Origin: Carcharhinus longimanus
Lineage: Eukaryota
DNA: 64,000 nt
Direction: 5' to 3'
NCBI GenBank assembly: GCA_030264375.1
Contig: JASCQW010000081.1
Coordinates: 49,590,875 to 49,654,874 of the forward strand
This document shows, in pieces, positions 25,522-38,624 of the stretch. A program made the position numbers and the translations under genes. Positions within the stretch are counted from its first letter, which is position 1. Every line of letters starts with the position of its first letter. The notes beneath the pieces are model-generated. The model saw only the letters and a program-made list of their open reading frames with translations, ran no database searches and was not told the DNA's origin.

Positions 25522-27651
25522 CTAAAAATTGGCAAAATGTCAGAGAATTGTAAACAGAAGAATTGTTAGGAACAAGAAAAAGCCTCAAGGTCCAAAAGGG
25601 CAATTATTCTCAGAGATCAATTCTACCTGCCCGATGTTTCAATATATTTGTCAATTCCTTGATTAGACTCTCGAACCCATTTATATCAAGCCTGCTTCAG
25701 GAGATTCCCTTAGTTACTTGTTCCACATTTCTTAGGTACCATTCCACAGATGCCAGTTGTATTAAGGCACCTCACTCAATGGCCACTCATTATGAGAGTC
25801 TGGACAACTGGTTAACTGTCGACAAACATCTAAACTTCTCACTATGGAGGGGGAAGTGTATGGAGGTTTGGATAAATAACAAAATCCAAGATCAATGAAA
25901 AGGAAACAACAGCCTGAACTGATTCCTCCCTCTCCCAAGATCTCTACCTCCAACCACAGATAATACCATCTTGACTGAGATCAGCTATCTGCACAAACCA
26001 TTGAAACAACTAAGGGCACTTTGGTTTGGATGGAACATTGGAACAGGAATAAGCCATTCAGTTCCTTGAGCTTGTTCTATTTTCTATTTGACCATGGTCA
26101 ATTCCTACCTCAAAAACGGTTTTCTGCCATTACTGCATATCCCTGACTTATTTCATTTCAATTGTCTCAGCAGTCTCATTTATTTGGAGAAAGTTCCAGA
26201 TTTCCATGAACCATTGTGTGGGAAAACTGCTTCAGGATTTCTCTGCTAAATGAGTCAGTTACAGGCCACCTTTCCCACATGAGCCACCCAAAGTGCTCAG
26301 TCCATTTCCCTGCCTGCCATTAAAGTTCCATCCTACTCATCTTGAGTATGGAATCCAAGCCTCCTGCTATTGAACCTCTGTACTTGGCATATCAAAACGT
26401 TACGGTGACACATTAGGATGGAGTACTAATGTGCAAGATGGTAATGAGGAGATCTGAGAAATGTCAATCTTGGTAAGGATATTGCCCATTCACTGTTCAG
26501 TGGTGGGCATTGCACTTCTCCTGTTGTTTTAATCCAGGCCAAGTTAAAGGAATGTAGGTCATTATTAGCAGTGAAAGTCCGTTCTGAAATGACTCAAAAG
26601 TCTGAATCCTACTAACAAAAATTGCTCAGAGTTCAAAGCTAATTGAAACTAAGAGGTCACACAGACAAAAAATTAAAAATGAGTTTCCTATTGGTGTGAT
26701 AAGATATATTCTTTCAAGAGTTCCCAACACATTCTGCAAGTTTTGGCATCCTCCTCACCCACCCCATCCCCATCCCTTTCCTTCCTGTGAGGCCTCTGCC
26801 ACGGACACACTCTGCCACACTACAGGCCACCCCACTCCATCGATCCCCCTCCACAGGTTCACACTATTGCATTAAGTTCTGGGTCACCACAGATGTGATC
26901 CATCCAATAATACCATGGGTCAAGGATTCAGCCTGTTGNNNNNNNNNNGTTGCTTCAAAGCAAGATTTCAAACACTGCACCATGTGCCAGTTGGTCCTAA
27001 CACAGTGATTCAACAAGGGTTCACTGTCTCCCATGACAGTGGATTGTAGAAATCTGGAGACTCTCTCATGTCATTGGTTGGTTACTTTTAAGTTAACAAG
27101 TAGCACTATATTGTATAATACAACTGAAAAAAGTAATCACTTCTCTCACGGTTATGATTAGACATTTAAGATTTAGTTCATTTGGATCTGGAGGCTTTTG
27201 CATGGGAGTAGGTAAAGTAGATTAATACTCATATTCAGTCCAATAACCTCAAATGACCTCCAGAATCCTCAAGGACGCCAACTGAACAGATCATAATAGA
27301 TGTTTATATCACTGGATAGACCACTGCTGCAGCAAAGTTTTGCAATTTCAGTCTATGCCTTTGATTGAGATAAAATTTAAATTTTTCATCAGTTTTCGAA
27401 GAAGGCAGTTGAGGCTGTATGCTATTTGCCATCAGTTTAAAGGATGCATCACATATCTATAAAACAATTAAATTGATCTACACTCCTTGCATATGTGAGA
27501 TGTTTGTTTTCCACAAAGTTTTTTTAAAAATTATTCTTAATAAAATATAAAAAGTTTTTTTGCTCTTTCACTTTGCCTTAATCTATGCCCAAGTGCACCA
27601 CAATATTTGTTTCTCTAACACCATTCACTCTACTTGGATGATCTACTTCAA

Positions 27652-27980
27652 GGGGGCAGCATGGTGGCACACTGGTTAGCACTGCTGCCTCACAGCGCCA
27701 GAGACTCGGGTTCAATTCCCAGCTTGGGTCACTAACTATGTGGAGTTTGCACATTCTCCACGTGTCTGCATGGGTTTCCCTGTGTGCTCTAGTTTCTTCC
27801 CACAGCGCAAAGATGTGCTGCTTAGGTGGACTGATCATGCTAAATTGCCCCTTAGTGTGAGGGGGGCTAGCTAGGGTAAATGCATGGGGTCATGGGGATA
27901 GGCCCTGGGTGGGATTGTGGCTGGTGCACTCTCAATGGGCTGAATGGCCTCTGCACTGTGGAATTCTATGATTCTATGAT
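27652..27980 (+). mobile_element. HE1-type V-SINE, full length
   Basis: tRNA head with A/B boxes, V core, CR1-derived tail ending (attctatg)n. Confidence 0.92.
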
Positions 27981-28717
27981 TAAACCAACTGAGTTGTCCA
28001 AATGATTTTATCCACTCCCAGTTTGCACAGTCCCATTAAATTCTTGAAAACTGTGCCATGGCAAACATCTTGTGCATGTCATTTCAGGATTGTTTGCTCA
28101 AGGTGCCCACTTCAATTATAAGTCATGCTGTTTAAATCACTAGCAATGAAGAGAATATTTTGTCTTGCCACCTCAGTTTCCTAAAATGGGGAAGGACAAA
28201 AGATTTAAGTACCAGAAATAACAGAAAATCCAATGTATTTTAGATGATGGAAAGGCTTTCAGGGGTCAAAAATTGAACCATTTGCCAAAACATCCACTCT
28301 CTTCACCGCTCTTGCAGCTTTGGTATTGACATGGCTGGTCTAGTTAAGTATCTGCTGAATGACCAAAGCTGAAAGAGGAAGGCTCAACAATGGTGATGCC
28401 ATCGAAGATCAGGGAGAGTTTGCTGATCTAATTTTGTTCAAGGTGATCTGTACCAGGCAATTCTCCAGCCCTAGTTAGGATTTTATTATTTCATGATCAA
28501 CGTGCTTGGGAATGGAGCTGAACATGAGCCTTCCGTAAAACACCCCTGTTATTATAATGGAGGAAGGTCACTGATGAAACAACTGGATATGGTTGGACTG
28601 AGGAACCCTGGAGCTGGTTTCGACCAGCTGCTGACAACCATAATCATCAACCTGCAGTTCGTTTTCCTTTCAGATTTCTTTTTAAACTTTGCAGTTGTTT
28701 CTAAAATTCTTAATTAC

Positions 28718-28806
28718 CTGTTGCTCGCATGAATAGCTTGTGCCCAAGGCTTTCAAAGCCACGAGATGTATGAAGAGCAATCCATTCAGGGTTTATCGAT
28801 TTAGCT
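28718..28806 (-). CDS. ALG6: ALG6 coding exon 4 (89 bp)
   Basis: aacacag|[29 protein letters not shown]|gtaatt. Confidence 0.96.
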
Positions 28807-29472
28807 CTGTGTTAAAAAAAAGGTTTACCTCTAGAATAAAAATGCATTCACTTTATGTAAAATGTACACATAATCAATAAAAGATACCCAATGACAGATA
28901 GCACAATTTCTTTTTCTCCATCTAATTCCCTGTCCTCCCCAAAGGAAATTACTGCCTTTGACACCTCACCCAAGTATGTATTCCACATAGGGAAGCCTGA
29001 ACTCTGAATGTCAACAGGCTGCTTGACAATGTAGAGCGCAACTTGAGCTTCATCCTGTCCTCATCAATCAGAGCAGCTCACACAACTGCTTTCTTTCCAA
29101 GTCTCAAACTGCAACATTGTGGCAGCTGGCGTAAGTGGGCTGAACAACCTGTCAAGCCCATGGACAAATGCCCCATTGCAACATCTAAAACTTACATTCA
29201 CAATCTGTAATTTATGTTGGAGCGTAATTCCAATACCACCAATGGCTATTCTTCAAACCGAAACAGTAAGTATGAGCAAAAACAGCATCAAAGCCAAGAG
29301 CGATCCTGATCCCACCCAACATCCACTTTCCTGCTGTAAGGGGAGGAAGAAGGTGGGCACTGATCAGGAGCTGCAATCTTAACTAATTACATTTCATATC
29401 AGAGATTTCNNNNNNNNNNAACACTAATTCTAAAGCAGAGTTGTCTTATCTACAATGGCAGTTTAAACTGAC

Positions 29473-29562
29473 ACATATGCACAAACCAGACTGTGATAAG
29501 CAGTGAGCGGTGGATAATCAAGACCCCAATACTTCAGATTATTGCTGCTTGTATTGAAGTAC
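29473..29562 (-). CDS. ALG6: ALG6 coding exon 3 (90 bp)
   Basis: tttcag|[30 protein letters not shown]|gtcagt; [13 protein letters not shown] motif. Confidence 0.97.
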
Positions 29563-29684
29563 CTGAAATAAAATAAATCAACTGTATGTTAACCATAAAG
29601 AGAATGCATTCAGAAATAGTTAAATTACTACATTTATATATTACATGTTTTGACAACATACTCTCTATTGCTCTATATGTAGCT

Positions 29685-30080
29685 AATTGTACCACCCAAT
29701 GCAGAATCAACATCGTCCCAAATCCAATCCCAAGATCTCTGCCGGGTTAGCCAATCTCAAGATTACGGTAATAAGATGCTACAATTAGCCTCAGTGCCAT
29801 GAACTAGCAAAGAGGGATGAAAGTCAGAGATCACACTCATGAACGATACCCAATGTCTTCTACTGAAAAGTGTAAATGTCAGGTGGGAGCAGGACAGTAC
29901 TCGGCCATGATGCCCAATCCTCTCAAGGATTTAAATGCTCCCTAGCATTTCCTGTTGAGGCTTACGTCCAAAAAACGAATGCCTAATTAAAAGACTGGAG
30001 GTTTGCCTGGACCAACATTATTGCAGTTGACCGCAAGAAAGGGTAGGAGTGGAGATGTTGGAGGAAGGAAGAAATTGAAT
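29685..30080 (+). mobile_element. LF-SINE-like relic
   Basis: gggttagccaatctca..gctacaattagcctcagtgcc..gaaaagtg..ggacagtactcggccatgatgccc is collinear with the recalled LF-SINE consensus. Confidence 0.6.
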
Positions 30081-30167
30081 CGCAAATAATCTAAACAAAA
30101 TTCCATTGCGAAACGTCTCCAAGAACCTCCATAAACATTGCATTAATTGAATAATGAGATTACAAAC

Positions 30168-30252
30168 CATTGATGGATGGGTAGATTGATGGTAATCTCC
30201 TGCCAGTGTCGCTGAGCCTCATAATCCCCAAACATAGGAGGTTTCCCAGCAC
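30168..30252 (-). CDS. ALG6: ALG6 coding exon 2 (85 bp)
   Basis: tttgcag|[29 protein letters not shown]|gtttgt. Confidence 0.97.
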
Positions 30253-31527
30253 CTGCAAATACAGTTAAAAACTGTAAAGCAGATAACATTAAAGGGTGTA
30301 CTTTCACAAAAAGGTTGGCAAGTTCATCCTTCTAAGATCAATGTTTCATGTGGAAAGTGACTGACATGGAACAAGGAGGCCCAGAACACATCAGTCCTCT
30401 GAGGGAAATTCACCAATTTCAGTTACTGCAGCAATGCAGCAACTAGTCAGAGTATCAATGCACCAGGACATTGGAAAGCAGGCTCCTGGCTTCTAGACTC
30501 TTGGTTAATGTCTAGTGACCTTGCTGAAAAGGTGTGAGTTTATCTGTAAAACACATTCTCATCTCTCGACAAGTTTATTCTACCAAGTCAACAACAATAT
30601 GCTCTTGAATTTCAAGAGTTTTGCAATGAGGGACCAAAACCCAACTAGAATTTTGGAAGGGTGATTTGGAGTTGACTAAGGATATGGTCTAGGCTCACAC
30701 ATTGAGAATAGTCATGAAAGGAAGAACGTGATGAACTGCTGCCATTTGTGGAACCACATTCCAAAATTGTGAGAAAAAGTGGAAAATCAGAAATGTGGAA
30801 TAAAGTGACAAAAAATAAAATGTTGTAGATGCTGGCAATCACAAAACATAAATTGAAAAGTTTGAAAATACTCAGCAGTTAGGCAGCATCATCAGCAAAA
30901 CAGCAATAACTATTTCAACTCTTCCTCAGAGCTGCTCACAGTTACAGATGGTCAGCGTTTTAAAAAACGCAAAGGAAATAAAGTAGAAGTAACTTCCAGT
31001 AGAGAACAGGTGATGATAAAGGTGCAGTTATGACATTTATAGGAGTCAAACGGTGGCTTAAGGATGGAAATCAAAGATAATGTGAATAACTAAAAGGAAG
31101 CATAAAAATGATCGAGGTGGGACAGCTTCCAGTGGTTCAGGAATCTGTTAGAAAAAGAAAGGGCAACCACTATTTCCCAGTTTGAAGAATATGTTTAGCA
31201 AAACAAGGTGCATTATTTTTTGCAAGTTGATAAGCCCCTGAAAAGCAATTTCTGTAGAATTTCTCATTCTACATCATAATACTGTAGGCTTGCAAAGAAA
31301 ACCTTTGTTCCAAGAAGCCTACCCACCCCTTTAACAAGTCTACAAACTAAAAACGGCTCGATATTGCCACTCGCAAGGGTCTTATCAAATGCAAAAGCTG
31401 TTAGCAATCATTGCGGTTTACAGACAACAGTTGACACATTCAACTTGGACTCAGGGATGTCTGTGTTTCCATTGTGGTGTAGAGCTGAATAATAAGAGGC
31501 GGGATGATCTGCAGCTCACTGACTGAC

Positions 31528-31609
31528 CTGAGTATGAATTCAGAGATACTGTCCAGCGCACCGTGAGGCTGACTGCGAGTATTATGGCGATGGTACTCCA
31601 TCGCTCCAT
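31528..31609 (-). CDS. ALG6: ALG6 (dolichyl-PP-Man9GlcNAc2 alpha-1,3-glucosyltransferase) coding exon 1 (82 bp)
   Basis: ATG at 31609; MERWSTIAIILAVSLTVRWTVSLNSYSG|gtcagt matches the vertebrate ALG6 N-terminus. Confidence 0.96.
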
Positions 31610-31790
31610 CCCGCACTGAACTCCGGTTCCTGCTCCCCAGGACTGCCCGCTGCTCCTTCTCAGGCTCTCTGTCTGGCCCGGCACTTCCTGGATCCCCCGC
31701 GCCTGCGCGCTCCATGTCCCACGCCATTGGGCCGGCGCAGCCTGATGACGTAAGAGCTCCTTGGCCAACTCAAGAGTTGGTGCCATTGTC
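31610..31790 (-). promoter_or_regulatory. ALG6: ALG6 CpG-rich promoter / 5' UTR
   Basis: GC/CpG cluster with ETS site (CACTTCCTG 31682-31690), NRF1-like GCGCCTGCGC (31699-31708), CCAAT box (31726-31730) and CRE/ATF TGACGT (31746-31751). Confidence 0.75.
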
Positions 31791-34700
31791 AATGGAGAGT
31801 TTGCTGTGTGAAGTTTTCTGCATTTAAGTTTCAGGGAGACACTGATCAGACGAATCACTTTAAAAACTACACGATAACATCACTTTAATTCCCTGCAACA
31901 TGTATATTTCATAAAACCCTATTTATTTAAAGTAGCAGTAAACCCAATTCAGAAGAAGTTGGGTCAGCTGCCATTACAATAACCTATCGTAGTTTACGAA
32001 TATATTTGTTCTAATTTGTTTTCAAATTGTTTGCTTTAATTAAGGGACAGAATTCCTGGCTGCATTCATATGGGTAGATAAAAAGTTATTTATATTGACA
32101 TTTCAATTCCAATTTGGGTAGTATCCGAATTATATGTTGTTCTTGGCGTGTACAAACATGCTAAAGGAGACAAAGTACTGAAAAGGAACAGAAAGACAGG
32201 GAAATGTTTGAAATGAAACTCCTTTAATGGAAAGTTTTGTGTTGGGGGGGTGGTGAGTAAATCCATCTAAAGNNNNNNNNNNNNNNNNNNNNNNNNNNNN
32301 NNNNNNNNNNNNNNNNNNNNNNNNNNNNNNNNNNNNNNNNNNNNNNNNNNNNNNNNNNNNNNNNNNNNNNNNCATCTAAAGTGCGAACTTACGTCAATTT
32401 CTCTCAGACATTGTAAGATAAGCCGCATTGTAGATCAGGAAAGATTTAGACCGGACAGGTCATGAAATGATCAGGATTCATTTGTTAATGCTCGTACAAG
32501 TTCATATCCTTATGCTGTCAAGCAAATGACAAAAATAACTTGTGTTTTGATGAACCTGGACGAACAGCATCAATTTTCAAACTTTCTGCTATGCTCCCTT
32601 CCTTGTATTGCTGCCAAAATTAATATTATTTCAGCCTCATTTGTCATCATACGTTATAATGGAACCAGTTGAGGCAATTAGTTTTATTTAATTAGATATC
32701 TCATACATAACCTCCAATATATTTAAGTTGAACTGAATATTGACAAGGTTTGAGAATCGCATTTAATTGGATTCCTTTGCTGTAATACAAAAGTAAAACG
32801 ATTTAATTGGATTCGTTTTTGCTCATTCTGATGAGGTTGAGGCGGCTTATTACTTTTCGCTTTTTGCGTTTATGATCATTCCTCGTGTAAAGAATTGGTC
32901 AGAAGCACAAAAGCAGCAACGCATTGGGTTGCGTGAATTATTAAAACAATTGAAATAATAATTTAAATCAAAAGTTCAACGTCTGTGTATGAACAATGAT
33001 TCCTTGCTGGTTTAATGCGTTTGACCAAAAGTCTTCAATCAGTAACGTCTACATTTTGATTGCTTTGATTTTATTTGAAAAATAAATATTCTCTATTATT
33101 GTTACATATTTCCATGAATGTTAAATGAATTTTGGATAGTTCAAAGCATTCGGTATCTTGCATTGCGGTTTTCAGTATACGTACATTATTTTTAAAAATT
33201 GATGCTTATATCTAATAACCATACTAAGCATGGAAAATGCAGTCTTCCTGGTACAAGTTTTATGGTATAGATGCAATACACTACGAATATGTATTTTTTA
33301 CAGATTTACCTACATCGTCGAAAGAAACCCCACACGACGACGCAAGTTAATAACACTGCTGTTCGAGGTTAGGCAGAGTTTAGCCAACCCACCTTCGGTT
33401 AGATTAACCCCAGATTTCTGTACTGTAAAGGTTGTAGTTCCATTTTGATCGCTGCCTAATGTTTGTAGAATTATAATGCATGTTAAGATTTTTTAAAACT
33501 CCGCCGCCATACTTCGTGGCTGTATATCCAAACAAAGGGCAAGTTAACTGATTTCGGTCAAGGTGTATCCATGTTCCTGGTGATTCTGGTGGTGTTCCTG
33601 GCTGCTCGGACTTTATTTTGTAAATAAAATATTCAAACTACAGAGAATGTGAACAAAACGAAGAACTGGCACAACTTTATATTGCTCATTAAAATCTTGC
33701 GGTTTAATTTAAATCGTGTTGCTTGACAGTGTAATTTGGCAAAGAGCTAATAGGCGAACGATAGATAAGATTAGCAGCACAAGAGTCCTAAATAAAAATA
33801 AAATCGATGTTTTTATCTGGAAGTAGATTTTGGTTGAAGTTTCTTGTGCTGATTTTATTTCACAATGATGGCGCATTCACTTTTTAAATTGAATTAATTT
33901 CAACAATGTTGTAACTGAATATAAGTCGAAATTGCCAATGAATTTTGCTTTCATGACTTAATGCGTTTATTTACTAGGAATCGTGTCTGCTGTGTTTGAT
34001 ACTTCTTTTTACCTAAGTTTGGGTTCATTGTCGTTTCACCTTTCACCTGTACATACATACGTTTTGCTTCAATGATTTCTTACACTGAAAGCGAGTGATA
34101 CAGATAATCGGTGAACGATAGTTTCATTCACGTATTAATTGCAGAAATAACTGAGATCCCGAGGAGCGAGAGTAGTGGCATCACTTTCCCCACCACTCAA
34201 TCTGAAAATGAAAATAACTGCGCAAAGCCCAATGAAGTAAATAGTAACATTTTACAAAGAGGAACAGCTCCACAATAAACTTGAATACATAATTCTAATA
34301 CTGACACACACATGGCGAGAGGGTTTCCCTTCAAATTTGGAAGCAAACTTCTCTGGTTCAATTTGTTTTATTTGCTGTTGTGTTTAAAGTAACTATCGGG
34401 CAGTTGCTAACATTTCAGACATTTTAAGCACATTCCGTAAGTGACATCTAGTGTTGTATTTCGGTATCGCAGACGCCCGTCCAAATCCAACCCTGAGCGT
34501 CCAAATGGAACGAGATTTGGTTAAGTTGCAATAATTATTACAGTGCTGTTTACATCATTTTCGGCGCATTACTGAGATCCAACGCTCAATGAAATAAGAA
34601 CGGAAATGCTGGTTACACACGTTAGCCTCATTGACGCTTAATCCGTTCCAATCCTCACAAATTGCAGTTTACCTTCTGGGTTTCAGTAAAATAGAAGTTT

Positions 34701-36954
34701 GTTCCAGACTTGGGTTCCTATAATTTCTTAAAAAAAACCAATGCAAACAGTTTTGAATTTGTAAAAAAGCGTTCTTTTTATTTCTGCCGTTCACTTATGT
34801 CGACTTCTCTGTGACACTCGTATCCGCGCAAGTTTCGTTTAACAAAAATCATAAATCACTTGAACCTCACGGTTGACCGCAGGATGGCTCAAAAGTTACA
34901 ACTGCAGATAAGTACGAATCAGTAAAAGTTACAAACAACAAAGGGTCAGTGTTGGAATGAGCCCCTGTTATGTCTCGTCACTTCGGAATGGTTATATCAG
35001 CAGGTTCCTGAGGCGGACAGTGACTTTAGGAGTCGCCTTCGACTTTCCCAGGGGTATCAGTTAAATATAGAACTCACGCTCGTATTTCACTAACCACCCG
35101 CCATTTGCTAGTTTTGTGTAAACGTAACTCATAACCAGGGTCACAACTGCCTAACATCTTGTAACGTTTATAGAAGCAAGAGACAAAACATTTTTAGATC
35201 AGTTTCAATTTCCTTGTAAAAGGATTACTGAGGGAGATTCAATTTAGGGACTGGATCTGGTGTTGTTAAGTTGCCCTTCAAGTGAAGTTGGGAGGGAGAG
35301 TGAATATTTCTTTCATCGTGCCAAACGATTATTAAATATAAATATGTGTTGAGACCACACCTCGACAAGCAAGACGGCTTGCTTCATTTGGTGTATTTAT
35401 ACTGAGGTATAAATGTTTACACACAGTAAAATAATATTTACAACTACAGAAAAAAACTCCAAGCAAATGTTACTCTCAAGTTGGACGGGGTCTGACATTT
35501 CGCAATACTCTTTAAGCACAGAGTGTGAAGTAAATAAGGAAACTCAACACCGGGCAGCGACACTTGAAGCCGCGACACATAGATAAACAGTCAGGGGAGA
35601 AAGGCTGGTGATCTAAAATCAACCTCGTCGCCCGAGATCATTTACAAAGTATTAAAACGGAAAACGATCTGCGGACGTTCTCCACCCAACCCCCTCCCAA
35701 CTCTTCACTAGGTTTTAGACCAAGCTCTTCAAGCTCTGAACTGTCCCAGAGACTCGGATCTGTTTCCAAGAATTAAAAAGTTAGCTGAATGTGGTGCATT
35801 TTATTTATTAGAGTTCGCAATACACAAAATGGGGGAAAAAAAGTTGCACCCGATGTATTCTCAATTTTCCCACAATAAAGTGCTCAGCCCCACAACAGGC
35901 CCGGTTAGGTTCAGAATTGAGATAACTGGTGGGTTAGAGTTTCCCGATTTACGTCAAGTGGGGTTGTTTAATATTAATTTGAATATTCGTTCGGACGGCT
36001 GCCAAACACGTCTGCCACTGGGGCACACAAGAAAATGACAAGACTGAGAATGGAGTTCAATGTTCCCAGAACACCTGGAGTCTTCAGTAGCGAAGCAGTA
36101 ACCATCGCCTCTTCATTCCCATTCCCCTTTTTATAACTGGCATGCATTATTACCCCTGTTGTCATTACTATTCCTGGAATTAAATTGTTCAGGTAACCTG
36201 CAGGACAATCGATGCCGGATTCCTGATGCATCATTGCGCCCTGTTTTTATTTCAACGATTATATAAATGAGATCATTTTATTTTTTATAAAAGAAATCTG
36301 AATTTATAAATCCAGATGTGGGTTCTTTTTAAATCTGCTCGAACAACCCTTTTGGACGATTTTAAAGCGTTTGGCTTTAGTAATTTGCTCGATTTCATAT
36401 AAGCAGCATAAATTTCCCAAAAGAAAAAAGCGACTGTGTGCACACAGAAACACCAAATATATAATTTAGGACAAAGCATCACACTTGTTTGATACGACTA
36501 TACCATACAATCTTTTTAAAATGGTGACATATTCTAAATAATATATTTTGCTTCGCCACTAAAACAGAATTGAAACAGATTTGAGTCGAACCCATTTCAA
36601 TTTGCTCTGGCGAACCCTTCTTCCATGAAGTTAAACAGTAGTTGCTGTCAGCTCGGATTTCACAACTAATGCCTTCAGCAAAATGTTTACTGATTAAATA
36701 GCTTTTAATTTTAAAAGAAAGCCGCAATGACCTCAATGGCGTCACTTCAGAGATTTTATTTCTGGTAATCTGCTGAGCTTGCCATGTTTTATATCTTTCT
36801 GAGGTTGCTATCCAATGACAGTGTATTTTAATATCCCAATCTGAAACCTTAAACATTTAATATAATCACGACTGAAATAAACTCTAAATTTGCAAGGTCA
36901 AGAGCGTTTTTTTTTGGAAATGAACGAGGACAGAAACGTTTGCAATTTGTAAAA

Positions 36955-36960
36955 TTTATT
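36955..36960 (-). terminator. FOXD3: FOXD3 polyadenylation signal AATAAA
   Basis: Minus-strand ttgtaAATAAAtttt about 470 nt after the stop, at the end of an AT-rich 3' UTR. Confidence 0.7.
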
Positions 36961-37427
36961 TACAAAGTTGTTTAATTCCCATTGTACAACACGACGGTAG
37001 CGCTACATAGAATACATATATTTAATTCATATAAAGGGCTTTAAGCTTTTGCAGTCGTATACAATATTGACATTTTTTCTCCTGTTGTATTAATTCTTTA
37101 GAATGATTCAGTCTTCCTTAATATCTATACATGTTCGTCAATAAGCTACTGGCAATGAACCTTTCAAAAAGACATTAAGTGTGAAAGCCCAGAGCTCTAT
37201 ACTACAACTGTGAAACAGTCTAATTAAAAAATAAAACTCAAATACTATGAACCGATAGGTTCTTTATACAAATATTTACAAACGTATTTACCTGTACAGA
37301 AAGCATTCCTTTTTTATATATAACATAGGATTTTAGTCTATATTTCGCAGTCAAGTTCAGTGCGACCCACTACCACAGGAGAAAAAAAAGGGATATGGTG
37401 AGTGAGCAGTTGGAAGTGGAGGAGGTA

Positions 37428-38561
37428 TTAAGATGGCCATTTGGTCACTGCGGCGGCCGAAGCTGCTGACTGTAAGAATTGTCCGGAGATTATGTTCGTG
37501 GGGACACTGAGGATGGGGGTAATCGCAGCTGTGCTTCTCGCTAAAGACAAGGGCTGGGGACTGATGAGAGCTGACTGGACGGTGACTGGCGGCCGCAGGA
37601 AAGTTTGTGAGCTGCCTGATGTGCTAGTCACCCCGATGATATTCTCGATGCTGAAGGAAGGTCTGCTGGTGGGCTCCGTTTTCACGATGGACGTGGAGCT
37701 CAAACTGCTGAGTTGGAGCTGGAGGCTGGGGCTGAGCTGCGAATTGAAAGCTTTCCTGTTGAGTTCACTGGACGGGATGAGTGGGACGACCGGGGGTAGC
37801 ATGGGACCCACAGGAGGGATGTAGGGATACTGAAGAGTTGAGGGATGAGGATAGGTGGCGGGATGCAGCGCATAGGGCCGCCCGTAAGGACCGCTTAGGC
37901 TGTAAGCTCCAAAGCTCTGCATCATGAGGGCAGTCTGCTCCCTCAGATGGTCCGCAGGTTGCCTCTTGAACCTTTTCCTCCGACGAAGAAAGCTCCCATT
38001 GTCAAACATATCTTCAGATTGTGGATCTAGGGTCCAATAGTTCCCTTTCCCCGGATTACCAGGCTCCCTGGGAATCTTCACAAAACAATCATTTAGGGAC
38101 AAGTTGTGCCTGATGGAGTTCTGCCAGGCGGGGAATTTCTCCCTATAGTAGGGAAAACGGTTACTGATGAACTCACAGATCCCACTAAGGGTTAACTTTT
38201 TCTGGGGACTTTGCAGGATAGACATGGTGATGAGAGCAATGTACGAATAAGGTGGTTTCACCAGACTGTTCTTGGGTTTTGAGGCGGCGTTGCTGCTCGA
38301 AGAACCACTTTCCTGAGTTTCGGATTTCGTTACTTCTCCCTCCGAGGAAGGCTGGCAGAGAGCGGATGGGCTCTCCGCAATCTCCCTGGCCCCGATCTCC
38401 TCCACCTCCTCTGCCTGATCGTGGGTGGCGTGGCTCTCAGAGTCGCTGTCCTTTCCCATGTTCTCGTCTCCTTCTCCCACCACATCAATATCGACATCCT
38501 CGGCTGTGAGGACCGTGTGCCCTGACATATCGCTCGCACTGCCGTTGCCTGACAGGGTCAT
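37428..38561 (-). CDS. FOXD3: Forkhead box protein D3, single exon, 377 aa
   Basis: [27 protein letters not shown]-terminus, forkhead domain [42 protein letters not shown], eh1 motif FSIENII, C-terminal KWPS; adjacent to ALG6 as in mammals. Confidence 0.98.
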   Translation of the reverse strand: MTLSGNGSASDMSGHTVLTAEDVDIDVVGEGDENMGKDSDSESHATHDQAEEVEEIGAREIAESPSALCQPSSEGEVTKSETQESGSSSSNAASKPKNSLVKPPYSYIALITMSILQSPQKKLTLSGICEFISNRFPYYREKFPAWQNSIRHNLSLNDCFVKIPREPGNPGKGNYWTLDPQSEDMFDNGSFLRRRKRFKRQPADHLREQTALMMQSFGAYSLSGPYGRPYALHPATYPHPSTLQYPYIPPVGPMLPPVVPLIPSSELNRKAFNSQLSPSLQLQLSSLSSTSIVKTEPTSRPSFSIENIIGVTSTSGSSQTFLRPPVTVQSALISPQPLSLARSTAAITPILSVPTNIISGQFLQSAASAAAVTKWPS

Positions 38562-38624
38562 CACGCTTTCCCTTTTACAAATCAGCAAAAAAAAGGTGAG
38601 AACTCGGCTTCTTTTCTGGTGAAA

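Noticed and set aside
31451-31858. 135-aa ORF as an extended ALG6 N-terminus
   Set aside because: Starts at a non-ATG codon, runs through the promoter and past the splice donor; homology begins at the ATG at 31609.
32262-32381. CATCTAAAG duplicated on both sides of an N run
   Set aside because: Looks like a scaffolding overlap at a ~100-N gap, not a biological repeat.
37441-38622. Antisense and alternative-frame ORFs over FOXD3
   Set aside because: Expected shadows of a GC-rich coding sequence; no independent support.
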